Shown piece after piece: positions 1 to 9,959 of a stretch of DNA of 64,000 nt. The first letter of the stretch is position 1. Every line of letters starts with the position of its first letter. Under the pieces are notes generated by a model. That model saw only the letters and a program-made list of their open reading frames with translations. It searched no databases and was not told the origin of the DNA. Made by a program: the position numbers and the translations under genes. This DNA comes from a virus: positions 65,960 through 129,959 of the IMG/VR virus record IMGVR_UViG_2706796514_000001. One strand, 5' to 3'.

Positions 1-113
1 CTTAATATAGCTACACCCTTGCAACCCGTAGTATTTATCTACACGTTTAAGCATATACACGGTAGTGGTTTTCTCGGTGAACAGGGATTTTATTTGTTGC
101 CATAGTTTGTTTA

Positions 114-566
114 TCACCGTGAGTTCTCCTCTACACAAAAATCTACCACAAACTTAGCTTGTTCTTCATTCAAGTAAACAGGTTCTCCTGCTGATATAAA
201 AGTTTCCAATGTACCTGCTAAGTTTCTTTTACTCCAATGACTATCGTATTCTTCTACCGAACGATACTTATCCAAGGTATCTTTAGACAACAAACCTATC
301 TTATAGAAACGATATAACCAGCTTCCATAATACTTATGGTCTTTTATTGCAAATAAGTGGTCGTACTTAGTATGGTATACCTTCCCCCAATCATCGTAAT
401 CGGCTATCCAGAATTTCTCCCACCAAGATAAGGTATCTATTTGTGCAGCTAGTACCTCTTGGCAGCGTTTTTCTTCTGCTAAGTATTCAGTTTTAACTCC
501 AAGGTAATTTTCGATAGCTGATTGAATTTTCTTGTTATCAACCAGTACAGCCCCGTTAAACTCCAC
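114..566 (-). CDS. hypothetical protein
   Basis: 150-aa ORF coupled to its neighbours in the minus-strand operon. Confidence 0.8.
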   Translation of the reverse strand: MEFNGAVLVDNKKIQSAIENYLGVKTEYLAEEKRCQEVLAAQIDTLSWWEKFWIADYDDWGKVYHTKYDHLFAIKDHKYYGSWLYRFYKIGLLSKDTLDKYRSVEEYDSHWSKRNLAGTLETFISAGEPVYLNEEQAKFVVDFCVEENSR

Positions 567-837
567 TAGTCTTCTCCTTTCTACGTTGATTACGTTGCTT
601 CTCTACAAAGAACAACCTACTCTGTTCCAACTGGTACTCTTGGTAAACTTTAGCTGCCACTTCATCAATAAGATTCTTGGTTACATTGTTATCTTCTAGG
701 AACAGAGTTGCTTTCTCTAGGGATGGATAAGTTTTTACTTGCCCCTTGTAGGTTTTACCTTCCTCAGAAGTTTTCATTTCACCAACAAGCCAATACCCAT
801 TCTTGTGTTCCAGTGTATAAGTGTTATTTATTTTCAT
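556..837 (-). CDS. hypothetical protein
   Basis: 93-aa ORF with GGAGA SD. Confidence 0.8.
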   Translation of the reverse strand: MKINNTYTLEHKNGYWLVGEMKTSEEGKTYKGQVKTYPSLEKATLFLEDNNVTKNLIDEVAAKVYQEYQLEQSRLFFVEKQRNQRRKEKTSGV

Positions 838-839
838 AA

Positions 840-1085
840 TTATTCTCCTTCAATAGTTGTAACATCGGTGTTCAACTCTACCCAAACTCTAGCTCCACAA
901 CTAAGAGGTTTATTAGGAGAGTACTTAACTTCTGCCACACAAACCCCTTCATGCATAATTTTCACATTGTTGTAGTATTCATTACTCTTGTAAGTTTTAC
1001 ATGTGATAACTGGTTTCTGTTCTTCAACAGGACGTTTAACGTTAGCCCTGATTTCATGTTGATTGATATGGATGTACTGCTTCAT
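840..1085 (-). CDS. hypothetical protein
   Basis: 81-aa ORF with GAGGA SD. Confidence 0.8.
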   Translation of the reverse strand: MKQYIHINQHEIRANVKRPVEEQKPVITCKTYKSNEYYNNVKIMHEGVCVAEVKYSPNKPLSCGARVWVELNTDVTTIEGE

Positions 1086-1088
1086 AAT

Positions 1089-1796
1089 TTAAATCCTCTC
1101 ATCAGGGTGTGTATGATGCGGACAGTAATAGCTTGCATCCCAACCACAACACAACTGATAACTTTTTGTGTAATCCAGTATTAACTTTATAGTCTTCTTA
1201 CGTATCACCTGAAAACTACCTAGAGGGAATTCATATTCCGCAACACCATTTAACTTACCTTTTTTAGTGTCAGTTCCGAAAATTTCGTACACCATTTCCA
1301 TGAATTCAAAATCTACATTACCCCTTCTGTTGGCTTCCATATCATGTTGACTGAATATTAATCTAAAACTACTCTCTTCCGGTATATAAGCTACATCTAT
1401 TAAGTCTGCCCACTCCTCTGACTCCGCTGCACTATTGAAGTGGAAGCTAGTAGAAGGGTTGTTCCATTTCTTCATGGAAGTCTCACTCTCTAGCCAATTA
1501 TCTGAAGCTATGTTAATACTGAGCAACCCTGTTAAGGTATCCTTGTCGACCACAGGACTTCCATTTACAAAAGTAATCATCCCTGCTAAACTGACACTAT
1601 CACTACTAAGATCTTCTGCTACAGGAGGGAAGATTGTCTTTTTTAGGTCTGATATTCCTGTTTCAACAAGGAACTCTTTACCTTTGTATAGTAATGTTGT
1701 GGTATCTCCTGATACAGCAAACATACCCTCATAAAATTCATCTTTCCAGACTAATTCCAATAGTCCCGTGCTTGTCTCAAGCTCTAATATTCTCAT
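1089..1796 (-). CDS. hypothetical protein
   Basis: 235-aa ORF with GAGGAG SD, directly behind a sigma70 promoter. Confidence 0.85.
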   Translation of the reverse strand: MRILELETSTGLLELVWKDEFYEGMFAVSGDTTTLLYKGKEFLVETGISDLKKTIFPPVAEDLSSDSVSLAGMITFVNGSPVVDKDTLTGLLSINIASDNWLESETSMKKWNNPSTSFHFNSAAESEEWADLIDVAYIPEESSFRLIFSQHDMEANRRGNVDFEFMEMVYEIFGTDTKKGKLNGVAEYEFPLGSFQVIRKKTIKLILDYTKSYQLCCGWDASYYCPHHTHPDERI

Positions 1797-1824
1797 AATT
1801 ATCTCCTCTTGATTGATTTCCTCT

Positions 1825-1853
1825 ACTATAATAAACCCTGTCTACTAAGTCAA
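1825..1853 (-). promoter_or_regulatory. sigma70-type promoter
   Basis: TTGACT-17-TATAGT on the minus strand, upstream of 1796. Confidence 0.7.
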
Positions 1854-1888
1854 CCCTTATTTATAAATTAATCTCTGTATAGCTATAT

Positions 1889-1918
1889 TTGACATACAAA
1901 GGTCATTACTGTTACAAT
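1889..1918 (+). promoter_or_regulatory. sigma70-type promoter, divergent from the previous one
   Basis: TTGACA-18-TACAAT upstream of ATG 1949. Confidence 0.6.
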
Positions 1919-1948
1919 AAACTTTATTCTACAAACAAAGGAGTATTT

Positions 1949-2224
1949 ATGCAAGAAGATAAGTTTAAAGAATTACAGGAAGCATTACTGCAGGCAAAGG
2001 AAGATTTTCTTAACAAGGAAAGACAACGGGTGCAAAAAGAGTCTTTGTTAAAGGAGGAGAGTACCTTATCACCTAGGACTCTCACACCCGAGGAAGAACT
2101 CACTGTACAAGAGAGGGTATCTGCTAAAATGGAAGCTCAAATGTACCAAGAAGGGTATTTGAAGAGTGAATCACAAATTAGGTGTGAGGTGGTAGCTGAC
2201 GTACTAAAAGAAAGAGAGCGTTAG
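1949..2224 (+). CDS. hypothetical coiled-coil protein (start moved to ATG 1949)
   Basis: AAGGAG SD before ATG 1949; the TTG at 1889 is the -35 box. Confidence 0.75.
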   Translation: MQEDKFKELQEALLQAKEDFLNKERQRVQKESLLKEESTLSPRTLTPEEELTVQERVSAKMEAQMYQEGYLKSESQIRCEVVADVLKERER

Positions 2225-2775
2225 CTCTCTCCTTTCATAACTTGGTACACTATATTAAAGAAACTTTCCAGATGCACAACACTACTTTTGTTATCATAAG
2301 CATTATCCAGCGATTGACTCTTCCACAAAGATAACACCTCATCAAAGATTACATCTTTATCAGATTTCACTAGGCTACGTAGATTGCTAATTGTGGAGGT
2401 TGTTTCTTCCCGCTTATCAGATAACACTACATAATAATCACCTACATATTTAACAAAGAACTCTCTGTCACCAGAACAATTCTTACCAACAATAAGTCCT
2501 GCTGTTAAAGGTTGGTCTTCCTGCCAGTACAAGGTTTCTTCTAGGGCAGGAGTTTCCTGTTCATCGGTGATTTCTTCGAAGAATTGGAATTCGTTTGTGG
2601 TAATTAAACTAGCATTACTTATGTCCCGATTAATCAAGTGACCTTCTTCGTCAACAGTACCAGAGAATATGTCCGAGTTCACCTCATTTAATAGTGATGA
2701 GTTGTAACTATGTGCACCTAAGAACCCCTGCTTATCAACCAATCTAAACTTTCTAACCTTGTTTTCTTCTTCCAT
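2221..2775 (-). CDS. hypothetical protein
   Basis: 184-aa ORF with AGGAG SD. Confidence 0.85.
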   Translation of the reverse strand: MEEENKVRKFRLVDKQGFLGAHSYNSSLLNEVNSDIFSGTVDEEGHLINRDISNASLITTNEFQFFEEITDEQETPALEETLYWQEDQPLTAGLIVGKNCSGDREFFVKYVGDYYVVLSDKREETTSTISNLRSLVKSDKDVIFDEVLSLWKSQSLDNAYDNKSSVVHLESFFNIVYQVMKGES

Positions 2776-2902
2776 AACAATCTCCTATGTAATTGTGGTT
2801 ATTATACTTATGTTAAGCTATGTATTAGAGTAAAACTCCTCTGAGGTAAGCCATCATATTACCAAAGGTAACTAACGGCTTCTACATAGCTTATATTAAG
2901 TA

Positions 2903-3094
2903 TTATTCATACAAATGGTTGGCTAAAGTTTCCAATAAGCTATCCATTTCATCTTCCAGTGCTTCTATTTGAGGGGCAACCTCTCCCAACGCGAATTTTA
3001 ACACATCCAACGGAAGCATCCCATAACCTAACAATAAGGATTCTAAGCTACCATTAGCGTTTGCTGTCATCAGGTCTTCTAGTGTTAGGTTCAT
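2903..3094 (-). CDS. hypothetical protein
   Basis: 63-aa ORF with ATGA coupling to the upstream gene. Confidence 0.7.
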   Translation of the reverse strand: MNLTLEDLMTANANGSLESLLLGYGMLPLDVLKFALGEVAPQIEALEDEMDSLLETLANHLYE

Positions 3095-4020
3095 AGCTGC
3101 TTCTCCAAGATTTCTTTTAACTCAGCCTTGAACTTGTTCATACTATTACGAAGTCCTCTTTTCTTGGTATCAGACTTAACCTTAACATCTAACTCTTGTA
3201 AAGTATTCATCCACTGCTCAACCTTACTATAAGTATCGGTTAGGGTTTTACCATGCAATCCGTAGTTACCGCCTAACACTTTCATATTCAAATGAGAACG
3301 TACTTCTGCACGAGCATCATTTTCTAATTTAGTAGCTTCCTCAAGAGTGGTTACCATTGTGAATTTATCTTTGTGACTATAAGGTAGATCAGTCATAACA
3401 TACTGGTTGTCAATCTGTGCAAAGTGTACATTACTGTGGGTAGAGTTGCTATACTTATCTTTAAGGTTGTATTCGTCAACAAATGCCGATAACTCCGAAG
3501 CTGTTATACCACTCAAGTCTACACGGTAGAATCTACTATTACTAAAAGTAGCTTTTCCGTAAGATAATGCATTCTCTATAAAACGACTGCCTGTATCAAC
3601 AACATCCCCTACACAACGAGTTTCTATATCCTCATAGGTATCTTCGTGCTGATTATAAACTGCCTTGAACTTGTAGATATGCTCTAATTCTTTGCGATGC
3701 TCTAACTCTACCTCTAAAGACGGGTAATATCGGTCACCATCTTCATCAAGATGCTTATTGTTGATACTTTGGTACTCTTGTACTGTGAGAGTTTCACCTT
3801 CATGTTCATAATGAGTCAGTTCTCGTCTACCAATAATAACTTTTCGTAATACGGGTTCTTCTGATAATATAAATTGACTAGCTTTCCCTCCATAACCAAT
3901 ATAAACATCTTTACGCACTCCATTGATTTCGTACAAACCTGCATCCTTAATACACAACCAATAACTATTGTCTACTTTCAGGTAATCCCCTGTCTCAGCA
4001 AAACCTTGTAAATTTAACAT
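3091..4020 (-). CDS. hypothetical protein
   Basis: 309-aa ORF with AGGAG SD. Confidence 0.9.
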   Translation of the reverse strand: MLNLQGFAETGDYLKVDNSYWLCIKDAGLYEINGVRKDVYIGYGGKASQFILSEEPVLRKVIIGRRELTHYEHEGETLTVQEYQSINNKHLDEDGDRYYPSLEVELEHRKELEHIYKFKAVYNQHEDTYEDIETRCVGDVVDTGSRFIENALSYGKATFSNSRFYRVDLSGITASELSAFVDEYNLKDKYSNSTHSNVHFAQIDNQYVMTDLPYSHKDKFTMVTTLEEATKLENDARAEVRSHLNMKVLGGNYGLHGKTLTDTYSKVEQWMNTLQELDVKVKSDTKKRGLRNSMNKFKAELKEILEKQL

Positions 4021-4030
4021 TATTGTTCTC

Positions 4031-4309
4031 CTAATAACTTGTTACACAAAGGTATACTTTACACTTTGAGTAGTTCTCTATTACATCAGATAAACTACTC
4101 TCTTGCATAAAAGTGTCCATATCTATCGAGGTTAAACACCCTTCTTCCGAAGACTCCAACTCTACCCCGAATAGTCCTACATCGTAAAAATAAGACACTA
4201 AGCTTACCTCACAATCATCCTTCAAATCAAGTCTGTCTTGTTCACAGTAGAACTTTGCATCTGCTTCTTTGATACCATAGATTAACTTTGCTACATGCGT
4301 TGTGCTCAT
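4031..4309 (-). CDS. hypothetical protein
   Basis: ORF; likely start MSTTH with GAGGAG SD. Confidence 0.75.
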   Translation of the reverse strand: MSTTHVAKLIYGIKEADAKFYCEQDRLDLKDDCEVSLVSYFYDVGLFGVELESSEEGCLTSIDMDTFMQESSLSDVIENYSKCKVYLCVTSY

Positions 4310-4322
4310 AATTATTCTCCTC

Positions 4323-4898
4323 TTATTTAACAATCCACTTTAAAACAGTATCACCCTCAGAATAACGGTTGAACACATAGAATGCATAATCTACACTGTT
4401 AGCGGAGGGTTCCATATCTACACCCTTAGGGCAACTCACTCTGAATGCAAACTGATACATCTGTGTGCAAGGCCACTCGCCCGAGTTAAACTTCTTACCA
4501 CGACCAATACTAGCTATCGTAGAAGTCCTGTTGAACATTATCACATTTGGACACAGAGATAAACTCTTATCCATGAATTCCTCTGTCAAAGTGAAAGGTG
4601 GGTTCATAATAATACACTCTACATCAGCAGGTAGTGCTTCCCGTTTAAGGAAGTCTTCCTTGAAGTTTAACTTCCCTCTGTAATCCACTATATCCGCTCG
4701 GTACACCTTTTTACCGATAGACTCTAGGTAATCAGAAATCTGCCCCATGCCATCAGAGTTTTCATAGAACACGTTGAACTTATCTAGTACCGAAGGGTAC
4801 TGAGAGTGTAAACTTTCCATAGCTATGGTTGGTGTAGAGTACAACTCATTCTTCTCAATCTGAGCTTCTGGGTTACGTTTAGTGTTTGGACTACTCAT
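4323..4898 (-). CDS. amino-methyltransferase (N6-adenine DNA methyltransferase-like)
   Basis: SAM-binding-like ENSDGMGQIS followed by the catalytic IIMNPPF motif. Confidence 0.8.
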   Translation of the reverse strand: MSSPNTKRNPEAQIEKNELYSTPTIAMESLHSQYPSVLDKFNVFYENSDGMGQISDYLESIGKKVYRADIVDYRGKLNFKEDFLKREALPADVECIIMNPPFTLTEEFMDKSLSLCPNVIMFNRTSTIASIGRGKKFNSGEWPCTQMYQFAFRVSCPKGVDMEPSANSVDYAFYVFNRYSEGDTVLKWIVK

Positions 4899-5116
4899 TC
4901 ATCCTCCTCGTTATCATTCTTATCAAATAAGTCAAAACCTTTATCGGTGATTATAATACTACCTAAGACAAGCACCGCCCATATACCTACCACTACAACA
5001 GATTTACCACCTTCAACAGAAATTCCCATCTGCGATAATAAGTATGTCCACATAGCAACAAATATTAAAGGTGTGATTGATTTGATTCTATCTCTTTTTC
5101 TCATATAACCTCCCAT
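4895..5116 (-). CDS. small membrane protein
   Basis: two hydrophobic segments; start uncertain. Confidence 0.7.
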   Translation of the reverse strand: MGGYMRKRDRIKSITPLIFVAMWTYLLSQMGISVEGGKSVVVVGIWAVLVLGSIIITDKGFDLFDKNDNEEDE

Positions 5117-5828
5117 CTATATTGAACTTAAATACAGTGAATGTACCTTTATCAAACTCTACCAAAGAAAGGTATTTACCATAAACCAACCCTGTATCTA
5201 TATGAAACCTGTTACCAACCATAGCAGGATTCTTTACAGGAGTGTGTCCGTGGACAGTAGCAAACACCCCTGACAAATGATTATCTTTATGGTAATCGTG
5301 GTGTTCTATAAAAGACCTGTCCCACACAGTCTCATGCACCAGATCATCATTACCATCTTCAAGAGCACTCTTATAATCTTCCCAACTTGTAAATTCTTGC
5401 GGGACAGAAGCATGAGTGACACCAATGGTATAACCCTCATGCAATACTTCAATTGCTACAGGTAATTCTGATAACATTATCCCATAGCAGTCCCGTTCCT
5501 CTTGTAACAGTTCTTGAAAAGCCCACGTACCTCCATTCATAACCCACAAATCACAATTACTTGCATGGTTATTCTCTATTGCAAACAAGTCATGATTACC
5601 TATCACAGTGTGTACGCTACCTGAATTTTCTTTTATTAAGAACCAATCTAAAGTTTTTAAGGACTGGCTACCTCTATCAATTAAATCTCCCGCACAGACT
5701 AAAGTATCCTCTCCGAAAGAGAAACCCACTTCAAATAATGCTTTTAAAAGTACATCTATTTCTCCGTGTATATCTGACACAAAGAATAACCTACCTCCTG
5801 TAGAGTTAACCTTCTTTACAATACTCAT
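5088..5828 (-). CDS. Ser/Thr protein phosphatase (NinI/PphA-like metallophosphoesterase)
   Basis: DIHG, GDLIDRG, GNHD and HGHT motifs. Confidence 0.9.
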   Translation of the reverse strand: MSIVKKVNSTGGRLFFVSDIHGEIDVLLKALFEVGFSFGEDTLVCAGDLIDRGSQSLKTLDWFLIKENSGSVHTVIGNHDLFAIENNHASNCDLWVMNGGTWAFQELLQEERDCYGIMLSELPVAIEVLHEGYTIGVTHASVPQEFTSWEDYKSALEDGNDDLVHETVWDRSFIEHHDYHKDNHLSGVFATVHGHTPVKNPAMVGNRFHIDTGLVYGKYLSLVEFDKGTFTVFKFNIDGRLYEKKR

Positions 5829-5873
5829 AATTCTACCCCTTATACAATAAAACCCCTTCACCAAGTAGAGTAT

Positions 5874-5902
5874 ACTTTAGCAAAGAGGTTTTTGGTTGTC
5901 AA
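5874..5902 (-). promoter_or_regulatory. sigma70-type promoter
   Basis: TTGACA-17-TAAAGT. Confidence 0.7.
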
Positions 5903-5911
5903 CTGGTTATT

Positions 5912-6099
5912 TTAATTTACGGATATTAAGTCTTCATATAATTCGATAACTTCCTTTACCAAATACACATCTTCTATAGTCAGTTCATCTCCTAAATGCA
6001 GAGATATTACCTTACCTACGCGTTTATAGTGAAATGCATCACCTTTTACAACAACTACCTCACCGCCGACTCACATTCTACTCCAGTTATCTCACTCAT
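5912..6099 (-). pseudogene. small gene with an apparent 1-nt frameshift
   Basis: ATG overlaps the clpP-like stop (ATGA); MSEITGVEC continues as VGGEVVVVKGD...ISVN* only after a frame change near 6071. Confidence 0.45.
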
Positions 6100-7187
6100 T
6101 CAACCAACCCTTCTAAATAAGTAACAATGTTCTCAATCAAACGGGGCTTCCCTGAATTATGAGAGTGTTTAGCTCCAATAGATTTAGCTAGGTTGTGCAA
6201 GAAAATCTTATCATAATCCTCAAGTGCATACTTACTTATGACGATAAGCTCATCATCTTCTGTTTGTAACTCCAATTCAACAACTTCATCTTCTTCGTCA
6301 TAACGGTAGTGCAGCAAGAAGTAGTTGTCACCATTGGTTATCTCAATAACCTGTTCATCTTCTGCAGCCGTTAGAGTTTCAACTACCTCTTGGAGCATAC
6401 TAGCTGTTTCCTCTGAAACAACAGGAATTTCCTTTGCAGTAGGTTGTTCCTGTGAGAAATAGTCTTCCAGTTGAGATGAGATCTTATCAAACACTTCACG
6501 TTCAGCAACAGGTATTTGCAAGGCAGCCAGAGCTTCTTCTACCATAGCGTCCTCCTCAGCAAACTGCTGAGTGTAAGAGTCCTCTAGTGCTTGGTTGTGT
6601 TTGGTTTCATGGTATTTAACAAAGCTCGTCAGGCGTGATTTAACTTCTTCAGCGTTAAACCAGTATTCCTTACCATTAGTGAACATATTAGTTATTTCTT
6701 CTGGGGTAAGGAATCCGCTATACTCCCGTTCCAGTAGGCTCTTATTCCACGCTTGAATAAAATCATGATGGTCTTTAACCTTTTCAGCACTGCCCCCACA
6801 TCCGAAGCTGATGTTGTGACACATAAAGCAAATACCGTCACCAACAACCCACTCATTACCATGCAGGGCAATCATAGTACCCGCAGAACATACCTCCGCA
6901 GCCATGTGGACCACTATGTGCCCCTTACATTGATCCATCGCTGCGGTGATAGCAGATGAAGAACTAACATAACCCCCTACGGTATTAAGGTACACGTTCA
7001 ACACATCACCTTCTGCTGCCCGATTAAGTACATTAATAACATTACGGTAGTACTCGGGAGAACTAATAGTCTCATCAATAAATATATCATACGCCAGAGT
7101 GCTAGGGTATGACTGGACTTTAAATGTCTCTACGAAATGATTATCTTGCATATTATACTTCTCCTCAAAATTAAAATTATACTGCAA
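6096..7187 (-). CDS. ClpP-like protease with an acidic C-terminal extension
   Basis: LNTVGG, catalytic CSAG, FMCHNIS and EYWFNAEE motifs of the ClpP/crotonase-like fold. Confidence 0.8.
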   Translation of the reverse strand: MQYNFNFEEKYNMQDNHFVETFKVQSYPSTLAYDIFIDETISSPEYYRNVINVLNRAAEGDVLNVYLNTVGGYVSSSSAITAAMDQCKGHIVVHMAAEVCSAGTMIALHGNEWVVGDGICFMCHNISFGCGGSAEKVKDHHDFIQAWNKSLLEREYSGFLTPEEITNMFTNGKEYWFNAEEVKSRLTSFVKYHETKHNQALEDSYTQQFAEEDAMVEEALAALQIPVAEREVFDKISSQLEDYFSQEQPTAKEIPVVSEETASMLQEVVETLTAAEDEQVIEITNGDNYFLLHYRYDEEDEVVELELQTEDDELIVISKYALEDYDKIFLHNLAKSIGAKHSHNSGKPRLIENIVTYLEGLVE

Positions 7188-7190
7188 TTA

Positions 7191-7418
7191 TTATTGTGTC
7201 ATACCAAGGTATTGCCAAGTCGCGGAGTTACCATCGTTATAAAGTTCATACGCTTCATAAGGAGGTGCTCCATCAACAGAAGATATACCGTAGACAGTGG
7301 TGTTAGGTCGCATAGGTCGTAATTGTACAACAACGTTTCCGTCCTCCAGTTTGTCTAGGGCAGCCTGTAGTTTTGGTATGACTTGAGTGTTCAAGCCGAT
7401 AAATTCTTTTGCGTTCAT
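7191..7418 (-). CDS. hypothetical protein
   Basis: ORF; likely start MNAKEF with GGAGGA SD. Confidence 0.7.
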   Translation of the reverse strand: MNAKEFIGLNTQVIPKLQAALDKLEDGNVVVQLRPMRPNTTVYGISSVDGAPPYEAYELYNDGNSATWQYLGMTQ

Positions 7419-7428
7419 AGTTGTCCTC

Positions 7429-8259
7429 CTACCAAGTACCATCTTCTTCAAATACACGAGTAAGGTGTTTAGAAATACCGTACCTACAACAATCCTCAGG
7501 AGTAAATTGAACCACTTGTGCTTCTTTATGTGGATTTTCTTTCAACTTACGTTCGAGGTAATCCAACCCATTCTCTTGTCCCTTGATTGGGGTCTGTGTA
7601 GAGTCTCCTGTGATTAATATTTGACATCCTTCCTCAGCCCTTGTTGCTAACGCTTTTACTTGAGCTATTGTAGCAGATTGAACTTCGTCAGCAATGACGA
7701 TAGTCTTATCAGAGAAAGACATACCGCCTAACTTAGCCATAGAAACTATCTGGATACCTTTAGCCTCTTTAAATAGAACATCTACATCTTCTAGTTGAAG
7801 ATTATTCCTCAGAATACCTGTACCTAGGTATTTCTTCATTTTCAACAAGAGAGGGTACAAGAACGTTAATATTTTAGCCGCATCATTCCCCGGAACTGGA
7901 TAAGTCTCCCCTAAACCTTTATCAGGTCTAGTAATAACAATGTTATCACAAGCCCCAGTCAACCATTGATGGCAAGCCCACCAAACACAAAGCTCGGATT
8001 TACCAGTACCAGCGCTCTTAGAGAGTATTACTAATTGCTTTTCTCTTAGTGCTTTAAGAGCGATCTTCTGGTTTTCAGTTTTAGCTACCAGAGGTGCGAT
8101 CTTCCTAGATTCCTCAAATTTCTCTTTGATGACACGACCCTTCTCCTCTTTCTTCTCCCACCGATCCTGTACTACAGTTTCTTTATTACGCTTCCCACCT
8201 TTACGGTTTGAGTGTCGAGTTACTTGTTGACCTTGATTGTTATTTCTTTTACGCGCCAT
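7429..8259 (-). CDS. phoH: PhoH-like ATPase
   Basis: AGTGKS P-loop, ITRP, IVADEVQ and ITGDSTQ motifs. Confidence 0.9.
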   Translation of the reverse strand: MARKRNNNQGQQVTRHSNRKGGKRNKETVVQDRWEKKEEKGRVIKEKFEESRKIAPLVAKTENQKIALKALREKQLVILSKSAGTGKSELCVWWACHQWLTGACDNIVITRPDKGLGETYPVPGNDAAKILTFLYPLLLKMKKYLGTGILRNNLQLEDVDVLFKEAKGIQIVSMAKLGGMSFSDKTIVIADEVQSATIAQVKALATRAEEGCQILITGDSTQTPIKGQENGLDYLERKLKENPHKEAQVVQFTPEDCCRYGISKHLTRVFEEDGTW

Positions 8260-8293
8260 TCTTATTACCTCTCAACTATAATTAATATGAAAA

Positions 8294-8479
8294 CTACTTA
8301 CTGCCGTTAATTCTTTTTAATTCAACAATGATATCCTCTAGGTAACAGATAATCACACCTGTTAAGAATGTAACACCTCCTTCTACTCCCTCTTGACCTA
8401 AGCTTACTAGCATGAAGGTGATACCTATTGCTGACATAAAACCATAACTAGTTATAAACTCTTTAATCTTTTTTAACAT
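8294..8479 (-). CDS. small membrane protein
   Basis: 61 aa with two hydrophobic helices. Confidence 0.7.
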   Translation of the reverse strand: MLKKIKEFITSYGFMSAIGITFMLVSLGQEGVEGGVTFLTGVIICYLEDIIVELKRINGSK

Positions 8480-8629
8480 TCTTAATCTCCTTTAAAATAA
8501 CACTCGTTGCTATCATGACAGCTTGTATTACGAAACCTGCCGCAGCGTACACTACATAAAATTGGCCACCTGTCAGCATATTAAGGATTAACAAGAATAC
8601 TACCAAACCCCAAATTACCCATAATCCAT

Positions 8630-8833
8630 TCATAGCTTACCCTTTTCGTATAAGTCTAGTATAAATTGAGCACCATGATGTAAATGAAGTTTCCGTCCGC
8701 TAATCGCCCAATAATAATAACCTTCTTGTTCCATAAGGAACTCCTCGAAATCTTCCGCACTTTCAAACTGGCGATAAACGTTTACAAAAATATCACTTTT
8801 AATGCAACTATACCGTTCCCACCAATCACCCAT
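8630..8833 (-). CDS. hypothetical protein
   Basis: 67-aa ORF in operon. Confidence 0.7.
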   Translation of the reverse strand: MGDWWERYSCIKSDIFVNVYRQFESAEDFEEFLMEQEGYYYWAISGRKLHLHHGAQFILDLYEKGKL

Positions 8834-8842
8834 AACACACCC

Positions 8843-9457
8843 CTAGAACGGTTGATAATCCACGCGATGCAATAGTTGCCCATATACAAAGGTTTCATCT
8901 TTTTCACGTTTTTCCGCTAGTTCTATATAATGAACAGATTGCATCGCATTAAGTCCATTGTACACTACATTCTCTGCTGCAGCATTACCTCTCTTATAAC
9001 AAAGACCTCTGTAAGCATTAATAGTATCACTTCCTAGGTATCCGTCAACCTCTATATCAGAATAATACTCACCTTTATTGTTGAGCACATTCAGGATACG
9101 TTGTATCCACTTGATAGGTGTTCGGCTACCAGTGTTAACGCCTGTATCAAATAACTCTTTCGCTAACAAAGAAGACTCTTCTGCCACCAAGTAGATTTTC
9201 GGTCGGTAGTAGTATTCGTATGCGTAAACATCCTGTGCGAATGCCAACGGCATTGATGTGATGTCACCATTCCAATTATAGTGTACCCACTCGTAGCCAA
9301 AGTTCATAGCCGTTTGGTATGTAATACCATAGTTGGTTTCACCACCAGAATCGTCCTTATTATTAACGTAACCCCCTTCTGCCTTGATAGTTTGGTCAAT
9401 AAAAGTCTGTACGTAATCAGGTGATTCCTTGTAAGCGTTTAGTATTTTACTACTCAT
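8843..9457 (-). CDS. glycoside hydrolase family 108 endolysin with a C-terminal peptidoglycan-binding domain
   Basis: EGGYVNNKDDSGGETNYGIT signature; LFDTGVNTG; IEVDGYLG. Confidence 0.9.
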   Translation of the reverse strand: MSSKILNAYKESPDYVQTFIDQTIKAEGGYVNNKDDSGGETNYGITYQTAMNFGYEWVHYNWNGDITSMPLAFAQDVYAYEYYYRPKIYLVAEESSLLAKELFDTGVNTGSRTPIKWIQRILNVLNNKGEYYSDIEVDGYLGSDTINAYRGLCYKRGNAAAENVVYNGLNAMQSVHYIELAEKREKDETFVYGQLLHRVDYQPF

Positions 9458-9576
9458 ATAATTTAATCCACCCTATATCAACCATATTCTTAATAAAAGT
9501 TTTATTCCTGTACTCTTTAGGTAACACTTTTACCATTAGGTTTACTGTTATCAGGAATATCTTTATCCTAGTTGTG

Positions 9577-9861
9577 TCACTCATCTACTTTAACCTCAAC
9601 ACCTTCCACGATAACTGGTATAATCAAGCCTAAACTCTCTACGTGCTCCTTAGCTGCTTGGTACAAAGATAAAAACTCTGTAGCAAACCCATCCTCATTC
9701 TTAGTAATAAACACACTCTGGGATAATCCACTCTCGGTAACTTTATCATTCCACAAATTACGTAGCTTAACTGCTTCTTCATCTACAACTTCTTGTGTCA
9801 ACTCGGGTTGTTCGTAATCACAATGACCTTCTGTGCCAACGTTTGTATATTCTTCACTCAT
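9577..9861 (-). CDS. hypothetical acidic protein
   Basis: 94-aa ORF with AAGGAG SD. Confidence 0.8.
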   Translation of the reverse strand: MSEEYTNVGTEGHCDYEQPELTQEVVDEEAVKLRNLWNDKVTESGLSQSVFITKNEDGFATEFLSLYQAAKEHVESLGLIIPVIVEGVEVKVDE

Positions 9862-9959
9862 AAACTTCTCCTTTCATACTCTATCAACTTTACTGAACAT
9901 TGTGTAACAAACTTTAACACTTACTACCAGTAATCACAATATCCTCATTCTTAATTGTT

